Shown here: positions 12,235 to 25,135 of the stretch, piece after piece
How positions within the stretch are numbered: the stretch's first letter is position 1
Layout of the letters: the number at the start of each line of letters is the position of its first letter
DNA from: Albugo candida
Lineage: Eukaryota
Direction: 5' to 3'
NCBI GenBank assembly: GCA_040437565.1
Contig: JBDOQK010000004.1
Coordinates: 372,001 to 436,000, forward strand
Length of the DNA: 64,000 nt
Position numbers and translations under genes: made by a program
The notes under the pieces: generated by a model
The model's database searches: none
Told to the model about the DNA's origin: nothing
Seen by the model: the letters and a program-made list of their open reading frames with translations, nothing else

Positions 12235-15200
12235 TCATTTGATATTGTAATTTCGAACTTTAGTCCGATCATTGATCAGCTCTGCTCGCTTGGATTGAAG
12301 TTGTTGTAGTTTCTTCATCACAATCTGTTGACTCAAAGTCGCTCTAGCCGATATGCGTACTTCCTTCGCCTCAGAGTTTGCATTGCTTTCACTGTTTCCT
12401 GTTCGTCTTCCTGTCAACATCAACAGATCCTTTGGTATGACACTTGAATTAAGGATACCTGCATCAACCTCACACACAAAAAACATGCTTAAAGAAATTC
12501 AAAGGATATCTTGTTGTAATTTGACTCGAGCGTCTGAGACTTTTGGTTCTCTTACGCAATTGATTGTTGTCGTCGCAGTATCATTTCCCGATGAACTTTG
12601 TATGCTGAGATCATTGACGGTTCCATTTCTCTCGCTTTGATGATTTCCAGACTGTCCTCTGTTGTCTTGCCTTCCAGTCGTCGACAATTCGGCATCTGTA
12701 GGAGTCACTTTCTCGTCAGCATACCTCAAACTAACTCTCTTCGATTTTGATGGGGTACCGCTAGTGACATTCTCATCTACGGAATTGGACAGACTTTGTG
12801 AGAAGTCATGCACCGAGCTGAGCTTTTGACGCTGTATTTTTATCATTCGCCGGAGTTCTTTCTTGAGTATCTTATTGTGCTGACGACATTCTTCTAATGA
12901 CTGCATGAGATCTTCGATCAAAGTCTCGTAGTCGTTTTTGTTTTGGAATTCTGCTCGCAGACCAGTCGTCTCGTCCGAAGATCCCTCTTTATGTCTTCTT
13001 GCTTCAGCGCTGAGCTGATTGCTAAGCTCCATTAATTGTATTCGTTCGACTGCTAATCTCTCAATATCGGCATTTGCAGCCACCAAACTTTTTTTGAGAG
13101 ATTTTACCTCACTTTGGAGGCTTTTGAGTTGCTTGGGTGAGGCTCTCAATTCAATGTGCTGCCTTGAGAGCTGTCGTTCTAATTCCGCAATTTGTACATG
13201 CTTTTCCACCACGGTTCTGTTTGCCTCGCTCAATTGTAATTTGTACATATTGATCTCTTTTTGAAGTAAGCTGTTGTTCTCTGCCAGGCTTCGTAAAGCA
13301 CCTTGATCGTGATCTTGATCAGCAGCATCTATTTCTTCTCTATGTCGAGCCTTCTTCCCTACTTGTTCTCTGATTGCCTCTTTCATTTCGCGGATCATGT
13401 CTGTAAGAAACGTCATAGAGATAGAACGTTACAGTGACGATGGCTCATATGCACAAGGAAACACACCTTTGAGGCGACTATTTTCCTCTATATAATTGGA
13501 GATCATTTCATTTTTATCACTTGACTTGTTGCTGCCAATTCCATCTTCAGTCATCGCTATGTGATGTTTTTCCTGGGAATGCAGCTTGTTGGGGACCGAG
13601 CTTACGGTGGGTGGTCCAAGATCACCACTCCAAAGCGGAGATAACGTTTGTGACGCTGAACCCCACTTGTTGTGAGTAGAAGCAGAATCGAATGAGAATA
13701 ACTTTCCATCTGTACGGCTTATCGAAGACTTCAAAGGAGCTGCGAAGGTCTCTGCGACATGTTGATTAGCTTGTATTGTGAAGAGCTCAGTCTGCAGTCG
13801 CTGGATTTCGATTTCTGTATGACAAAGTTGCTCTTGTAGGGTCGTCTTCTCCTTCAGAATATTATCATTTGCTTGCTGTAACTCACGCACTCGAGCTTCT
13901 TGATAAATTCGAGATTCCTGCTCTGTGTCTTGCAACTTACGCTCCCAGCTAAGATTCTGGGCAACAAGCTTTTGTTGTAGCTCTTCTTCTTTTTCATGTT
14001 CTTCTTCAATTTGCGTCTGGAGCTTTTTAATCGAGCCTTCATGCGTTTGAATTTGATCAAGCAATTCTTCTAAACGACTTTGCATTCTTTGTTGAGTTCT
14101 TTCCGAATTCAGCAGCTTTTCTGTCAAATTTTGAACAGCAACACCATGCGAGGAGTTGGTTTCATTCAGCTGTTCCGTGATTTCCTTCACTTCGACTTCT
14201 TTGATACTTACTTTGTCCTCTAGTTCCCAACGTACACGCTGAAGCTCAGTTTCTTTGTCGACATATCTTTCCTGCTCAGCTTGAAGTTGAGTTTTCAGAC
14301 TGTTGATTGACTCTTCTGTCCGCTTATTTTGACAGCGTGTTTGCTCTTCCTACAATCAAAAGTGTGTCAGAGGGCACGTCGCAGCAATATACCTTGATTT
14401 GCAACTACCATTTGCTGTTTTTCGCGAGCCATTTCGTTTAAATGATCTTTTTTCTGCTGTTCGAAAGCATTTTCCATAGTATATAATTGATCCAAAGCGT
14501 CTGCCATTCGACTTTCATATTCATCCAAAACGGCCTGTTTTTGTTGCTGTACTTGAATTCTTTCCTTCTTTAATTCGTCAATTTCTGCGTTCTTCATAAA
14601 CTTGAGATCATCTAGTTGCCAGCTTATCTCTTTTTGATCCTTTTCATACTTCTGCACGACCATTTCCAACTCTTCTACTCTGTCTTGGAGTTGTTTGCTT
14701 CGCTTCTTCCAAACTTCACAATCAGACTGAGCTTTAATCGATTCACTTCGAAGCTGTGAATACTTTGTTTCACATTCCTCCAGTTGATTTCCATGCTTTA
14801 CCGTTTGATCACGTACGAGTTGATCCACACTTTGTTTCCATTCTCGTCTTTCAGCATCGATTTCTTCATTCTTCTGATCCAAAAGACGTTCGTTCTCTTG
14901 CCGACTTTGGACCAGGCATTTTTCCAGTTGTTTGATTTTGTCTTCATAACCCCAGTTAAACTCTTCCAATTGTAGTCTGAATTCCTTTGATCGTATCTGT
15001 ATCTCGGTCTCTTTCGCTTTGACATTTTTCTTCTCCCGTGTAAGCTCAGATCGCAATTCCGCCATCGCGGCCTTTAGCTCACTTATTTCTTCTGTCTGAC
15101 AGTGTAGTTGCTTTTTCAAAGTCGTAAAAGTGCTGTCATATTCCAAAAGTTCTTCATCTCTTCCTTCTAAAAGCTTTAGCGACCACGCACTCAGAACTTT

Positions 15201-15515
15201 TAACAGATCACGTGCATTGATACCTTCAAATTGTATTGGAAATCTTCCTGTAGTTTAACGAGCTTTTGCTTCAAAATCGCATTCTCGGATTCCTATGGAA
15301 AAATAAGTAAACTAAGAAATTGTATCGGGATTGTATCGGGAACCACTCACTTTTTCACGACTTAAATTCTCCAACGATTGAATCCTAAATTCATTAATTT
15401 CGTGTAATTCTTTTTCTTTTTCCTGAACCAAAGAGCGAATTTTGTCGGGTGAGTAATAGGCTCGAGAATCGTTTGATTGAGGTTCGTGCAATTTATTTCG
15501 TATGGAATTGTCCAT
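12235..15515 (-). CDS. CCDC57: Multi-exon coiled-coil protein, CCDC57-like (centriolar)
   Basis: LVQEKEKEL, KLQEDFQYNLK..LEGRDEELLEYD, ERIQLMELSNQL and C-terminal KVRNYNIK resemble recalled CCDC57 blocks (LQEDFVYNL..ERDLELERYD; IRNYN). Confidence 0.75.
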
Positions 15516-15596
15516 GTACTTAATGGTATCGATTCGCTGTGCATTGAAGAGGCACCGACGCCATCCAGTCTAGTGTGGAAAGCACAAGTTGAGGTG

Positions 15597-18334
15597 ATGA
15601 CGGCATTCTGTGTGGACGCAGACCACGACGCGGTCAGTATAGCTCGGGATACATGCTGTTGTATCCTGTATGTCAATGGGAGCCAAAACGTTAGCACGGA
15701 GCATTCCTATGTTATGGTCAAATGCACTTTAGAAAACGGGCAGGACGTTCGCATCGCATATGCGAAACTTGTGCGGCATTTAACGGAATCTCAGTCACTT
15801 TGTAAAAGCGTAAATGCATCGGATGCAGTCGTTTTTTCGAGTGGATTGAGAGTTGCGTTGAGATTAAAGTCAGCCGAATTGACGAAAATGGATGCATCAG
15901 CATACTGCAAAGTAGAGCCAAAAGTTGACTATTTCGTGCATGAAAACCAAAGTGATACTACCTCTACGACTCCGTTAAACAATGCGAAAAGTTGCTCGTG
16001 TGAAGTAGGTGTCATTGACTCGGCCACTTTGAAGCTGCTTGATTTTCAGATTCTCAATACCGCGGCACGACGAAGCTTAATGCAAGTTACAACTCAAGTA
16101 ATTGTTTATACTACGGAGCAGCTAATGAGGAAAAAGCTTATACAATTTTGATGTAGTTAGTGCATTTATCCGTTGTGTGGGATGGCAAATACCAAGAAAT
16201 CAATTGGTTTGGTTGTCAATACACTGTACAGTTCTCAAATATCAGATGGAAGAGATATGGAAGTGGCTGCTGTGAAAAGATTGGAATAATTGACGCGCAT
16301 ATCTCCACCTTAGATATATTTGACCATGTCGCAAACNNNNNNNNNNNNNNNNNNNNNNNNNNNNNNNNNNNNNNNNNNNNNNNNNNNNNNNNNNNNNNNN
16401 NNNNNNNNNNNNNNNNNNNNNNNNNNNNNNNNNNNNTTGGTTTGGTTGTCAATACACTGTACAGTTCTCAAATATCAGATGGAAGAGATATGGAAGTGGC
16501 TGCTGTGAAAAGATTGGAATAATTGACGCGCATATCTCCACCTTAGATATATTTGACCATGTCGCAAACGTAGCCAAGCCCCTTGCCCACAATGGTTTCC
16601 TGTCAAGTCACGTGCAAAAAGCGACACAATTCATAGCCAGTAGGTTGGGAGGCGTTCAAAGCCAGGCAGAGCAAATTCTGGAGCTGATCCATCAACGATT
16701 CACCAGGCCATTTCGACAACAAAGCATTGTAGGAGACTATATCGGGTGTGTGGTTACTGGTGTGTCTGGAAGTGGTAAGACAAGCTTGGTACGGTGCATA
16801 ACGCAGAGCCTTTGCGTTCCAATTATTTGGTTATGTGAGGATGACATTTTGCCAGCTATCCAAGGTGGCCTTGACACGCGTCTGATAGATAAATTGCAAG
16901 CAGTTTTCAAGCAGAAAGAAGAATGCATTCTCGTCATTGATGGATTGGAGAATTTTGCACCAAGAAGACAATCGCATTTAACGAACACGCTGCAGCTGAA
17001 AACTTTGCTTTTGACTCTTGATTACATCAAAGAGAATTCCAAGACATTCGTTGTAGCGACCACATGTCATTTGAAAGATATCGATCAAGCAATATGTAGT
17101 AATGACCGCCTGGAGTTGGAAGTACAACTAGAGCCTCCCACTCGAAAACAACGACTTGAAATCCTTGAGATTATTGCAAAAGATTGGCCCATAACGAATG
17201 ATTTTGCTCAGTTTGTAGCACATGTCAGTGACAGTACCGGGGGATACGTTGCTGCTGATCTGGTCCGAGTTTGTCAGCACATTTTGCTGGACATCAGCTC
17301 GAGTTCCCATGCAAACCCATTCGGTGATGTTAAGTCATTTGACATCAGCGAAGAAATGGTAAGGCGAGCTCTAGCGTCAACTTTCCCGTCTGTCTTACAA
17401 GGATACACTATTCTCCGAAAAGGCTCCGATCTATGTACGGAATCCGATCCTTTTGCAAAATTCCACGGCCTTGATGATGTCATACGGGAACTTCGGATAG
17501 CATTACTGGAGCCTCTGATGAATTGTGATCGATACCTTAAATTTGGTGCAGTCCCTCCGAGAGGAATACTTCTTTCCGGTCCTTCGGGATCAGGAAAGAC
17601 GGCAGTAGCTCTTGCAGTAGCAAAGGAATGTGAACGAGCAGGTTTAGCAACATTCATATCGGTCAAATGTACCGAGCTGATCAATAAGGTTGTGGGTGAT
17701 ACTGAAAAATCACTAGCAGCGCTCTTCAAGAGTGCACGACTAGCTGCTCCATGTATCATTTATTTCGACCAAATTGAGTGCCTCGCCCCAGTTCGAGGCT
17801 TTGATTCCAGCACAGAGCAAACCTTTGATCGACTTTTGAGTTATTTGTTGATAGAAATGGATGGATTTGATACCAGAAATGATGCCGTCACTTCCAATGA
17901 GTTTGTGAAACAGCATATTGTGATTTTGGCAACAACAACAGACATCCGTCAATTAGATTCAGCGATATTACGTCCCGGGTGCGATTTGACTCTTTCTTGT
18001 GCTTGTGAAACGCAGACTCATTGACATTTTGCATTGTAGACGATTTGATATACATCTCCATCTACACTTACCCGACGGAAAAGCTCGCGAAAGAATCATA
18101 CTCGACTTATTGACTGAGATTCCTCTTCAGTACGACAGAGACGATTCAGCAATGTCTGATTGCCAGCGAGTAGCAAATCACATCGCGCAGCAAACAGAGT
18201 CCTGGACAGCTCTGAACATTAAGCAGGTTTTCCAGGAAGCGGCGATGGCGACTTTACGCTCCAATATCGACGCGAGAAACGTGCCCATTGATCAAGTCAT
18301 TCGCTCCTTCGATTCGCTCGCAGTAACGCGATAA
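15597..18334 (+). CDS. Type II (two-domain) AAA+ ATPase, CDC48/AFG2/PEX-like, with degenerate catalytic motifs
   Basis: Walker A motifs GVSGSGKT and GPSGSGKT; TGGYVAADL; spliced LRPG/RFD second region of homology; introns near 16097 and 17979; interrupted by a gap overlap at 16337-16569. Confidence 0.85.
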
Positions 18335-18670
18335 AAAATATTAGTTTAAAGGTGTAACACTTGTGCACGAGACGCATTGAAGTCTTACAAGTGAGTGCAT
18401 ATACTCACACGAAAGTGCGCTGCGCCGCGCCACGTATCACCGCTACTAATTTCTACTTCAAGCGGTTTGAAATATTGCGCTTACTCAATTTCGACATTGA
18501 ATGACACGTAAATAAGCGGTTCAACGGCAAAGGATACAAATTGCGTAATGTTTTGTCCGCTTCTTTTAGCAAATCAAAACGCACGACCCTGCTCTGACTC
18601 GAATAACAATGCGATAGAGCAATAAAGTGGAAAGTCGTTCCAATAAAAACAAAACACAGAGTTTACATCG

Positions 18671-21509
18671 ATGCCAACGTCAGCTGAATCTGATTCTGAC
18701 CAATTAAGAACAATTATTGGAGCGGAAAAGCATTGTATGGCACCTTTTGTGAGCAAGTCGGACGAGATGTTGTATCACGGATGGCTCCATATTAAAACTC
18801 GCTCTATGATGAACGTTCGACCGCGTCATTTACGATATTGTGTCGTGTATAAAGACGACGGTATACTACTAACATTTCGAGTGCAACCTTCGTCACAAGA
18901 ACTCGTTGGTGTCATTCGTCCGCTACGAAAATATTGTATCAAAAATGTACGCGAATGGAATTTACGCAAATGTGGCTTCTTCCTCACTGTGATAAAGTCC
19001 AATGAAAACGTCGAGCGAGTTTTGGAGATCACGTTACCATCTTCAGCATCAATGAATGAGTGGCGACGTGCGTTTTTAATTATGACAGAACCTCTTGCTG
19101 AGAGAAAACAAGTACTGTGCAAACTGAATGCTTCACTGGAGTTCGATACATCGATTGACGCATCGCTTGTGGAAACAAAACAGCCGAATTTCTGGGTTAA
19201 GGGAGCTTCCATTCATCGTGGCTTACTGAATAATACAGGTAAAATGCACGAGAGATATTTACACACATGTGCTCGATCTCATGAAGCGTACGCTCAGGCG
19301 AAAATAATTGCTTTCTTAACGTTATCATACAGAGCTTTTGGCATTTACAGCCAATGCGGCATTTTCTCTTGAATGCTGAGATAAAAAATGACACTAAAAG
19401 CGTCGAGACGAGTGTATTACGAGCTTTACAAGTAAGATCTATCGAGCTGTTGGTGATTGTACCATGTTTGATGAGTTGTGTAGACCATTATGATCGAATA
19501 CGATGACACATCCAGTGGTTCACTTCATTCGCGTGGGCTTCGAAAAGGCCTTAGTGTCTTATACAAAGCAGTAAGTGATCATAAGGATACCTGCGACATT
19601 CGTTTTTGACGATTTTGTGCTCGGAAGGATAAGAATTTTCAGGAAGGGATGATGTATGACGCTGAAGAAACGCTTGTACGCCACACACGTCTTTGTATAA
19701 TTCTAACGATACTGAATTTCGTTGTAGTTGGCACTATTGAATCTCATGCATCAACAAACGGTACACTTTCTCCCACAAAGGTTTTTAGATATTGCTGTCT
19801 CACAAAACGCGCAAGGATGTGACAGAATTGGATCAAAACAAGGAGAATACGGCATTAGTGAGGACATTGACTCGGCTCATTCGAAATGATGCTTACAATG
19901 ATACCTCACCGACGATTTTTGACCAGCATAGTATTCCCCATGTGGTGTTTAGCCATCAAATGTACGATAGATTTGTGTGCAGCATATGTCAACATGCAAC
20001 ATCTTGGGAGCTATCCAGCAATTTGGTCTTTACGACTTATGCAAGCGATTTTTTAGACAAATCGTTTTCGTCTATGGAAGACTTGCTTCGACATGTATCT
20101 AGCTCGGAAACGACCACTTCATGTACCAGTGGAAAATGTACCGGAACAAATCAAAAAAAGGTAATATTGAGACCTAATCAAGTCTCATGAGAGCTGACGA
20201 TGTACTGTTGTATAGCGCTCAATTTACCGTTTTCCAATGGTATTCACGATATCAATTTTATGGTCGACAGCATCGGCATCCTGCAAACAAGTCGAAACAC
20301 TCATGTCTAACATCACAAATCGTCTTGACCTGGCAAAAGCTTTTGTGGCAGGAGGCCCGGCTGCTCATTTATATCGTGGTGGAATTCGAACAACTTATCG
20401 ATTGCGGGGATTTGTGTGCTATTACGGGAAGCATTATGTCGCTATATTTTATAGCACAACTCATAAAATATGGTTACTTTTCGATGACAGCCGCGTTGTT
20501 GAAGTTGGAACTTGGAGTCAGGTTGTGGCAAAATGTTTGAAGGGAAGATCACAGCCCGTTCTTCTCTTTTACGAGTTACCGGATCGTCGAAAAGATTCAT
20601 CAGTTAATATAATTGACGACGTGTATAGAACGTCTACAAGTGATAGAACATGGCCTTCGGGATCGCTTGACAGTGTTTCAGAGGTCCCAGATGAAATAAT
20701 TGAATGGAATGGTGCCGTAGCTTTGCCGATCGAGCCCGAAGATCAAACTTCAAGTCCGAGCCAAAGCAAGACAGTGATTATCCAAGTGAAGGGTGATCAA
20801 GATAGAGAACACCTTCAAGCGACATTCAAGTTCCACCAGGATATAACTCCAGTTTCGTCTGCGATCGCCGTACAGCCACGGCTGGCAGCAATGCGAATAC
20901 CGTTGCAATCGAATGAATATGACGTTATGTATACGGATGAAAATCGCATTCTTGGCCTCCTTCTCGCCAAGTTTGATGGGGTTCTTACGATCGTTGGCTT
21001 CCCTCGTGACTCTTCTGGTGATATGTTTGGCGCCGAGTCGAGCGGTAAAATAAANNNNNNNNNNNNNNNNNNNNNNNNNNNNNNNNNNNNNNNNNNNNNN
21101 NNNNNNNNNNNNNNNNNNNNNNNNNNNNNNNNNNNNNNNNNNNNNNNNNNNNNNGGATGAAAATCGCATTCTTGGCCTCCTTCTCGCCAAGTTTGATGGG
21201 GTTCTTACGATCGTTGGCTTCCCTCGTGACTCTTCTGGTGATATGTTTGGCGCCGAGTCGAGCGGTAAAATAAAGATTTTAGACAGTTTTGTTCACGCGA
21301 ATGGACATATTCTTCATCAGTATTCTGTGAAAAGGGCGATACAAATGCTAAGGGCTCAACAACGTCCTTTAATTATTCGTCTCAAGCGTTCAACGAAGAC
21401 CAAATCATTGCTTGAAATGGGATTCTCGAATGAGATGGTTACTAACGCATTGCTGAATTCGAATGGTGACATGGAAGCAGCAAGTCATTATTGTATTGAG
21501 AAGGCGTAG
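18671..21509 (+). CDS. PH domain + USP (peptidase C19, USP53/54-like) + PDZ-like + UBA protein
   Basis: PH: YHGWLH..MNEWRRAF. Cys box GLLNNTG/ENNCFLNVIIQSFWHL after intron 19239-19297. His box VCYYGKHY..WLLFDD..QPVLLFYE. PDZ-like LGLLL..GAESSGKI..ANG. UBA LLEMGFS..NALLNSNGDMEAA. Confidence 0.85.
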
Positions 21510-22029
21510 TTACAGTATTTAGCGAGACAGCGCTTTCGGATAAAAAGCTTTAATAGAATATAAATTGTAAAATCGCAAAATAACTGCGATGATAGACGCC
21601 AGAATTTGGAATGTTGCTTGATGAGCTACTGACGTTATTGTCAAACGTGTATCACTAAACATACTATTGCTTAGTATGCAAGTGACATAGCATTCTGAAC
21701 TAAAGTGCAGTGCGCATAGATCACGTACAAGCAACAAGAAAAGCACCTTTTGACCAATGATATAATCGGAACAGGCGTTCGTATTGTGGAACGGTTTTAC
21801 ATGTACCCGTTCGAACATATTTTCGAATATCAGAGCTTATGCTTCATATAAATTCCATAAGGTATACAGTAGATACAATGAGATAGCTATTACAAACCTT
21901 ATTTCGGAATTATGAAATAATCGCGTTAATCTACTAGTAAAGGTCCCGAAATAGTTAATCCATTATCTCACCAAAGCTCCATACTTTGATTCTCCCCCAC
22001 TCGAGCAGTCACACGCTTCGCAGATCCAA

Positions 22030-24273
22030 ATGATGAAAATGCTAACTCGTCTCGGCCGAAATCCCTCAACAGATATTCAGCGGAGCGATGAGCAGCAGCG
22101 CAATAAACGCACTTGCTCGTGTCCTAAATGCTTCCTCACGCGATCGTATGGGACACTTTCTCAGACTGAACAAGATCGAACGTGTAAGGAGGAGAGAATG
22201 TCACACAACTGTATCGGATCGCGTGAGCATCACATGACTCTTCGTTCAGTCATGAATAGCGTAAAACGACATGCTTTTGTGATTGGACTGACAATGTTTT
22301 TGACGATCTCAGTGAGCGTTCTCTTTGTACACACTCAAAGCCAAATCGATTCGAAGCCAAGCGTCATTAAAAATGAGAAATTTATGGGCTCTTTAACGGA
22401 TCTCTATCAGAAAATCATCGACGACACGAAAAGAGATTTCTTGGAAGCGCAGCAATCAGGCGATACAAATTGGTCGCAGAACTGGCTAAAGCGATTAGAT
22501 CCAGCGATAACCGAACTGATGTCGCTATACTGTCATGGGGAAGTCTTACATACAATCCAAATGGCAAATGTTTTTCAGGATAGCAAATATTTTGTGGATA
22601 TGCCAATTAGAAGTAACAGCAGTGCGAAACTCATTTTTCATGATTTTGAACATCGGCAATTATCGTTAAAAAAGTTCGTTGCGGCGCATAACGGATCTAA
22701 AGATTTGGAGAAAGATAAGGCCGAGTACGTTGGCTTATTACGCGAGTTTCTCAATCGACATTTCGATCAGCCAGGATCCGATATGATTCCTGCAACTCCT
22801 AATGACTATCAAGAACACACGCTACCTCCGCTGATCAGCACCATAAAGAATTCCGAATATCAGAATTGGGCATTCGAATTGCACCAATTGTGGAAACATT
22901 TGGGTAGAATTCCTCAAAGCAGTGTGCGAGGATCGTATTTACACACGAAACCAGAAGACATGCAGCAAGAAGGCATCAAATCTTCACAATATATTGTGGT
23001 CGTGCCAGGAGGTCGATTTCGTGAATCGTATTATTGGGATTCCTTGTGGATAATCACCGGATTACTGATTAGTGATTTGAAAGAAACAGCGAGAAATGTC
23101 GTCAATAACCTTCTGAATTACGTCGCAGAGTACGGTTTTGTACCTAATGGAGGAAGAATTTATTATTTGACTCGCTCACAGCCTCCAATGTTATCGGAAA
23201 TGGTCAAACTGATTGCTCAGTATACTCGAAACACAACTTTGACGGAATTCGATTTGGAATATCTTTCATATGCGGTACCAATATTGGAGAAAGAATACTC
23301 TTTTTGGATGAAAGAAGGCCCAGGAGGTCATGCTGTCACATTTCTACGTCGAAAAATCGATGGAAATGGGCAGTATTCGGTAGTTACGCACACACTAAAT
23401 CGATACATTTCGCAAGCCAATCATCCCCGACCCGAGTCCTATCGTGAAGATTTTGTTATCGCTTCGAGTATGTATCCAACTGCGAATAATAGTGTCAATC
23501 AGGCTCGTCAAGACAGACTGAAAAAGAATTGGTACAATGATCTCATTGCAGCAGCCGAGAGCGGGTGGGATTTCAGCAGTCGCTGGCTCCGGGATGGTGT
23601 AGACTTACGAACAGTGTACACATCTCTGGTCTTACCAGTCGACTTGAATGCATTCATGTTTCGCATGGAAGAGAATTTGAGAGATTTCCATATAGCGCTT
23701 GGTAATCGTCACCGCGCCAGATTTTTCGACGCCGCAGCTACGAGACGTGCGCATGCAATTGAAGATGTTTTATGGAATGAGAAAGAAAAGTGCTGGAAGG
23801 ATTATGATTTGGAAAGGCATTCTCATCGAATGATACGAGCTGCTTCTGACTATAGTCCATTATGGGCCAAAGCTTTCAATATGAGTGACACTCAGCGCGT
23901 AAAAGATGTGATCGTATCACTGAATGTATCGGGACTCATTCAATCCGCAGGGGTTCAAGCAACGACTACGTTCACTGGTCAGCAATGGGATGCACCAAAT
24001 GCATGGCCTCCAGAGCAAGATTTGATCATCGAAGGTCTTTTGAATCTCAATACGCCAGAGTCAAACGCAATGGCACGGGACCTCGCTAGACGATGGGTTC
24101 ATTCTGGCTTCATCGCCTGGAAGCATACAGGTCTCATGTATGAAAAGTATAACGCGACACAAGCCGGCAATGTCGGATACGGCGGAGAGTACTTTCCACA
24201 ATTTGGCTTTGGGTGGGCAAATGGTGTCATTTTGAAGTATCTTACCATACATCAAAACCTGTTGCTCGATTGA
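22030..24273 (+). CDS. Trehalase (GH37) with N-terminal membrane anchor
   Basis: DSKYFVD, PGGRFRESYYWDS, TRSQPP, PRPESYRED, AAESGWDFSSRW, QWDAPNAWPP, GFGWANG; hydrophobic segment FVIGLTMFLTISVSVLFV. Confidence 0.97.
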   Translation: MMKMLTRLGRNPSTDIQRSDEQQRNKRTCSCPKCFLTRSYGTLSQTEQDRTCKEERMSHNCIGSREHHMTLRSVMNSVKRHAFVIGLTMFLTISVSVLFVHTQSQIDSKPSVIKNEKFMGSLTDLYQKIIDDTKRDFLEAQQSGDTNWSQNWLKRLDPAITELMSLYCHGEVLHTIQMANVFQDSKYFVDMPIRSNSSAKLIFHDFEHRQLSLKKFVAAHNGSKDLEKDKAEYVGLLREFLNRHFDQPGSDMIPATPNDYQEHTLPPLISTIKNSEYQNWAFELHQLWKHLGRIPQSSVRGSYLHTKPEDMQQEGIKSSQYIVVVPGGRFRESYYWDSLWIITGLLISDLKETARNVVNNLLNYVAEYGFVPNGGRIYYLTRSQPPMLSEMVKLIAQYTRNTTLTEFDLEYLSYAVPILEKEYSFWMKEGPGGHAVTFLRRKIDGNGQYSVVTHTLNRYISQANHPRPESYREDFVIASSMYPTANNSVNQARQDRLKKNWYNDLIAAAESGWDFSSRWLRDGVDLRTVYTSLVLPVDLNAFMFRMEENLRDFHIALGNRHRARFFDAAATRRAHAIEDVLWNEKEKCWKDYDLERHSHRMIRAASDYSPLWAKAFNMSDTQRVKDVIVSLNVSGLIQSAGVQATTTFTGQQWDAPNAWPPEQDLIIEGLLNLNTPESNAMARDLARRWVHSGFIAWKHTGLMYEKYNATQAGNVGYGGEYFPQFGFGWANGVILKYLTIHQNLLLD

Positions 24274-24510
24274 CCTGATAGCTTGCATGTGTCAATAATC
24301 TTTACAAATACAATACGGACTTCAAATATGAGCGCACTCGGTACTGTTTTGTCAGTTGATTGTCATTGTCACCGAATATTGAGATAAAAGACCGCGATGA
24401 TGCTATATAGAGCATGCTTGTGGTCTCTGTAGAGTTCAGAGAAAGAATCAAAGTCGCGCATGCAACTTTGTATATTGCAACTTCATTTCCGCTATTTACT
24501 CGCGTGCTTC

Positions 24511-25135
24511 CTAAGCAGTCAGAAGACATGCACCTCCTACAGCTTTGATCTTCTTCTCAGCCTATATGACAAAAAACGCATTTGGATATCATGCTATTCG
24601 AGCACGAAAACGAACCTCTTGACTGAAGAATTTGGCCTTGACAATGACTGGAATCTTTGGAAGTCGTCCTTTACCGAGAACTTTAAAAAATCCCTATATT
24701 CAATGTGAATGAGATATTGACGGGTATTATGATAATAAGAGTCGTACGGCTTTAGTCACATCAATGATTGGAGCCTTATTGTCTGTGGACTTTTCTGCTT
24801 GCTCTTTACTTTTTTCAGATACCAACGTCCATAACCGCTCGACATTGACGGTTGGGCAATGCTGACGATTTCGAAGAAGATGAAAATGACGCATTCCCAC
24901 TTTTCCAAAGTACCCAGGATGGAATTTATCCATCAAGATACGGTGATGATGTTGACCACCAGCGTTACCACGACCACCAGGATGCTTACGGTGCTTTCCA
25001 ACACGACCGTGTCCAGCGCTGACATGTCCACGTTTCTTACGAGTCTTTGAACAACGAGTTGGCTAATCAATCAAGTGCAAGACGAAATGATGAATGTACA
25101 GTCAATCTTCACTTTAAGAAGCGAATTCTTACCAT
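24511..25135 (-). CDS. RPL27A: 60S ribosomal protein L27a (uL15), 4 exons
   Basis: ATG-only first exon at 25133-25135; [43 protein letters not shown]; terminal [16 protein letters not shown]. Confidence 0.95.
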
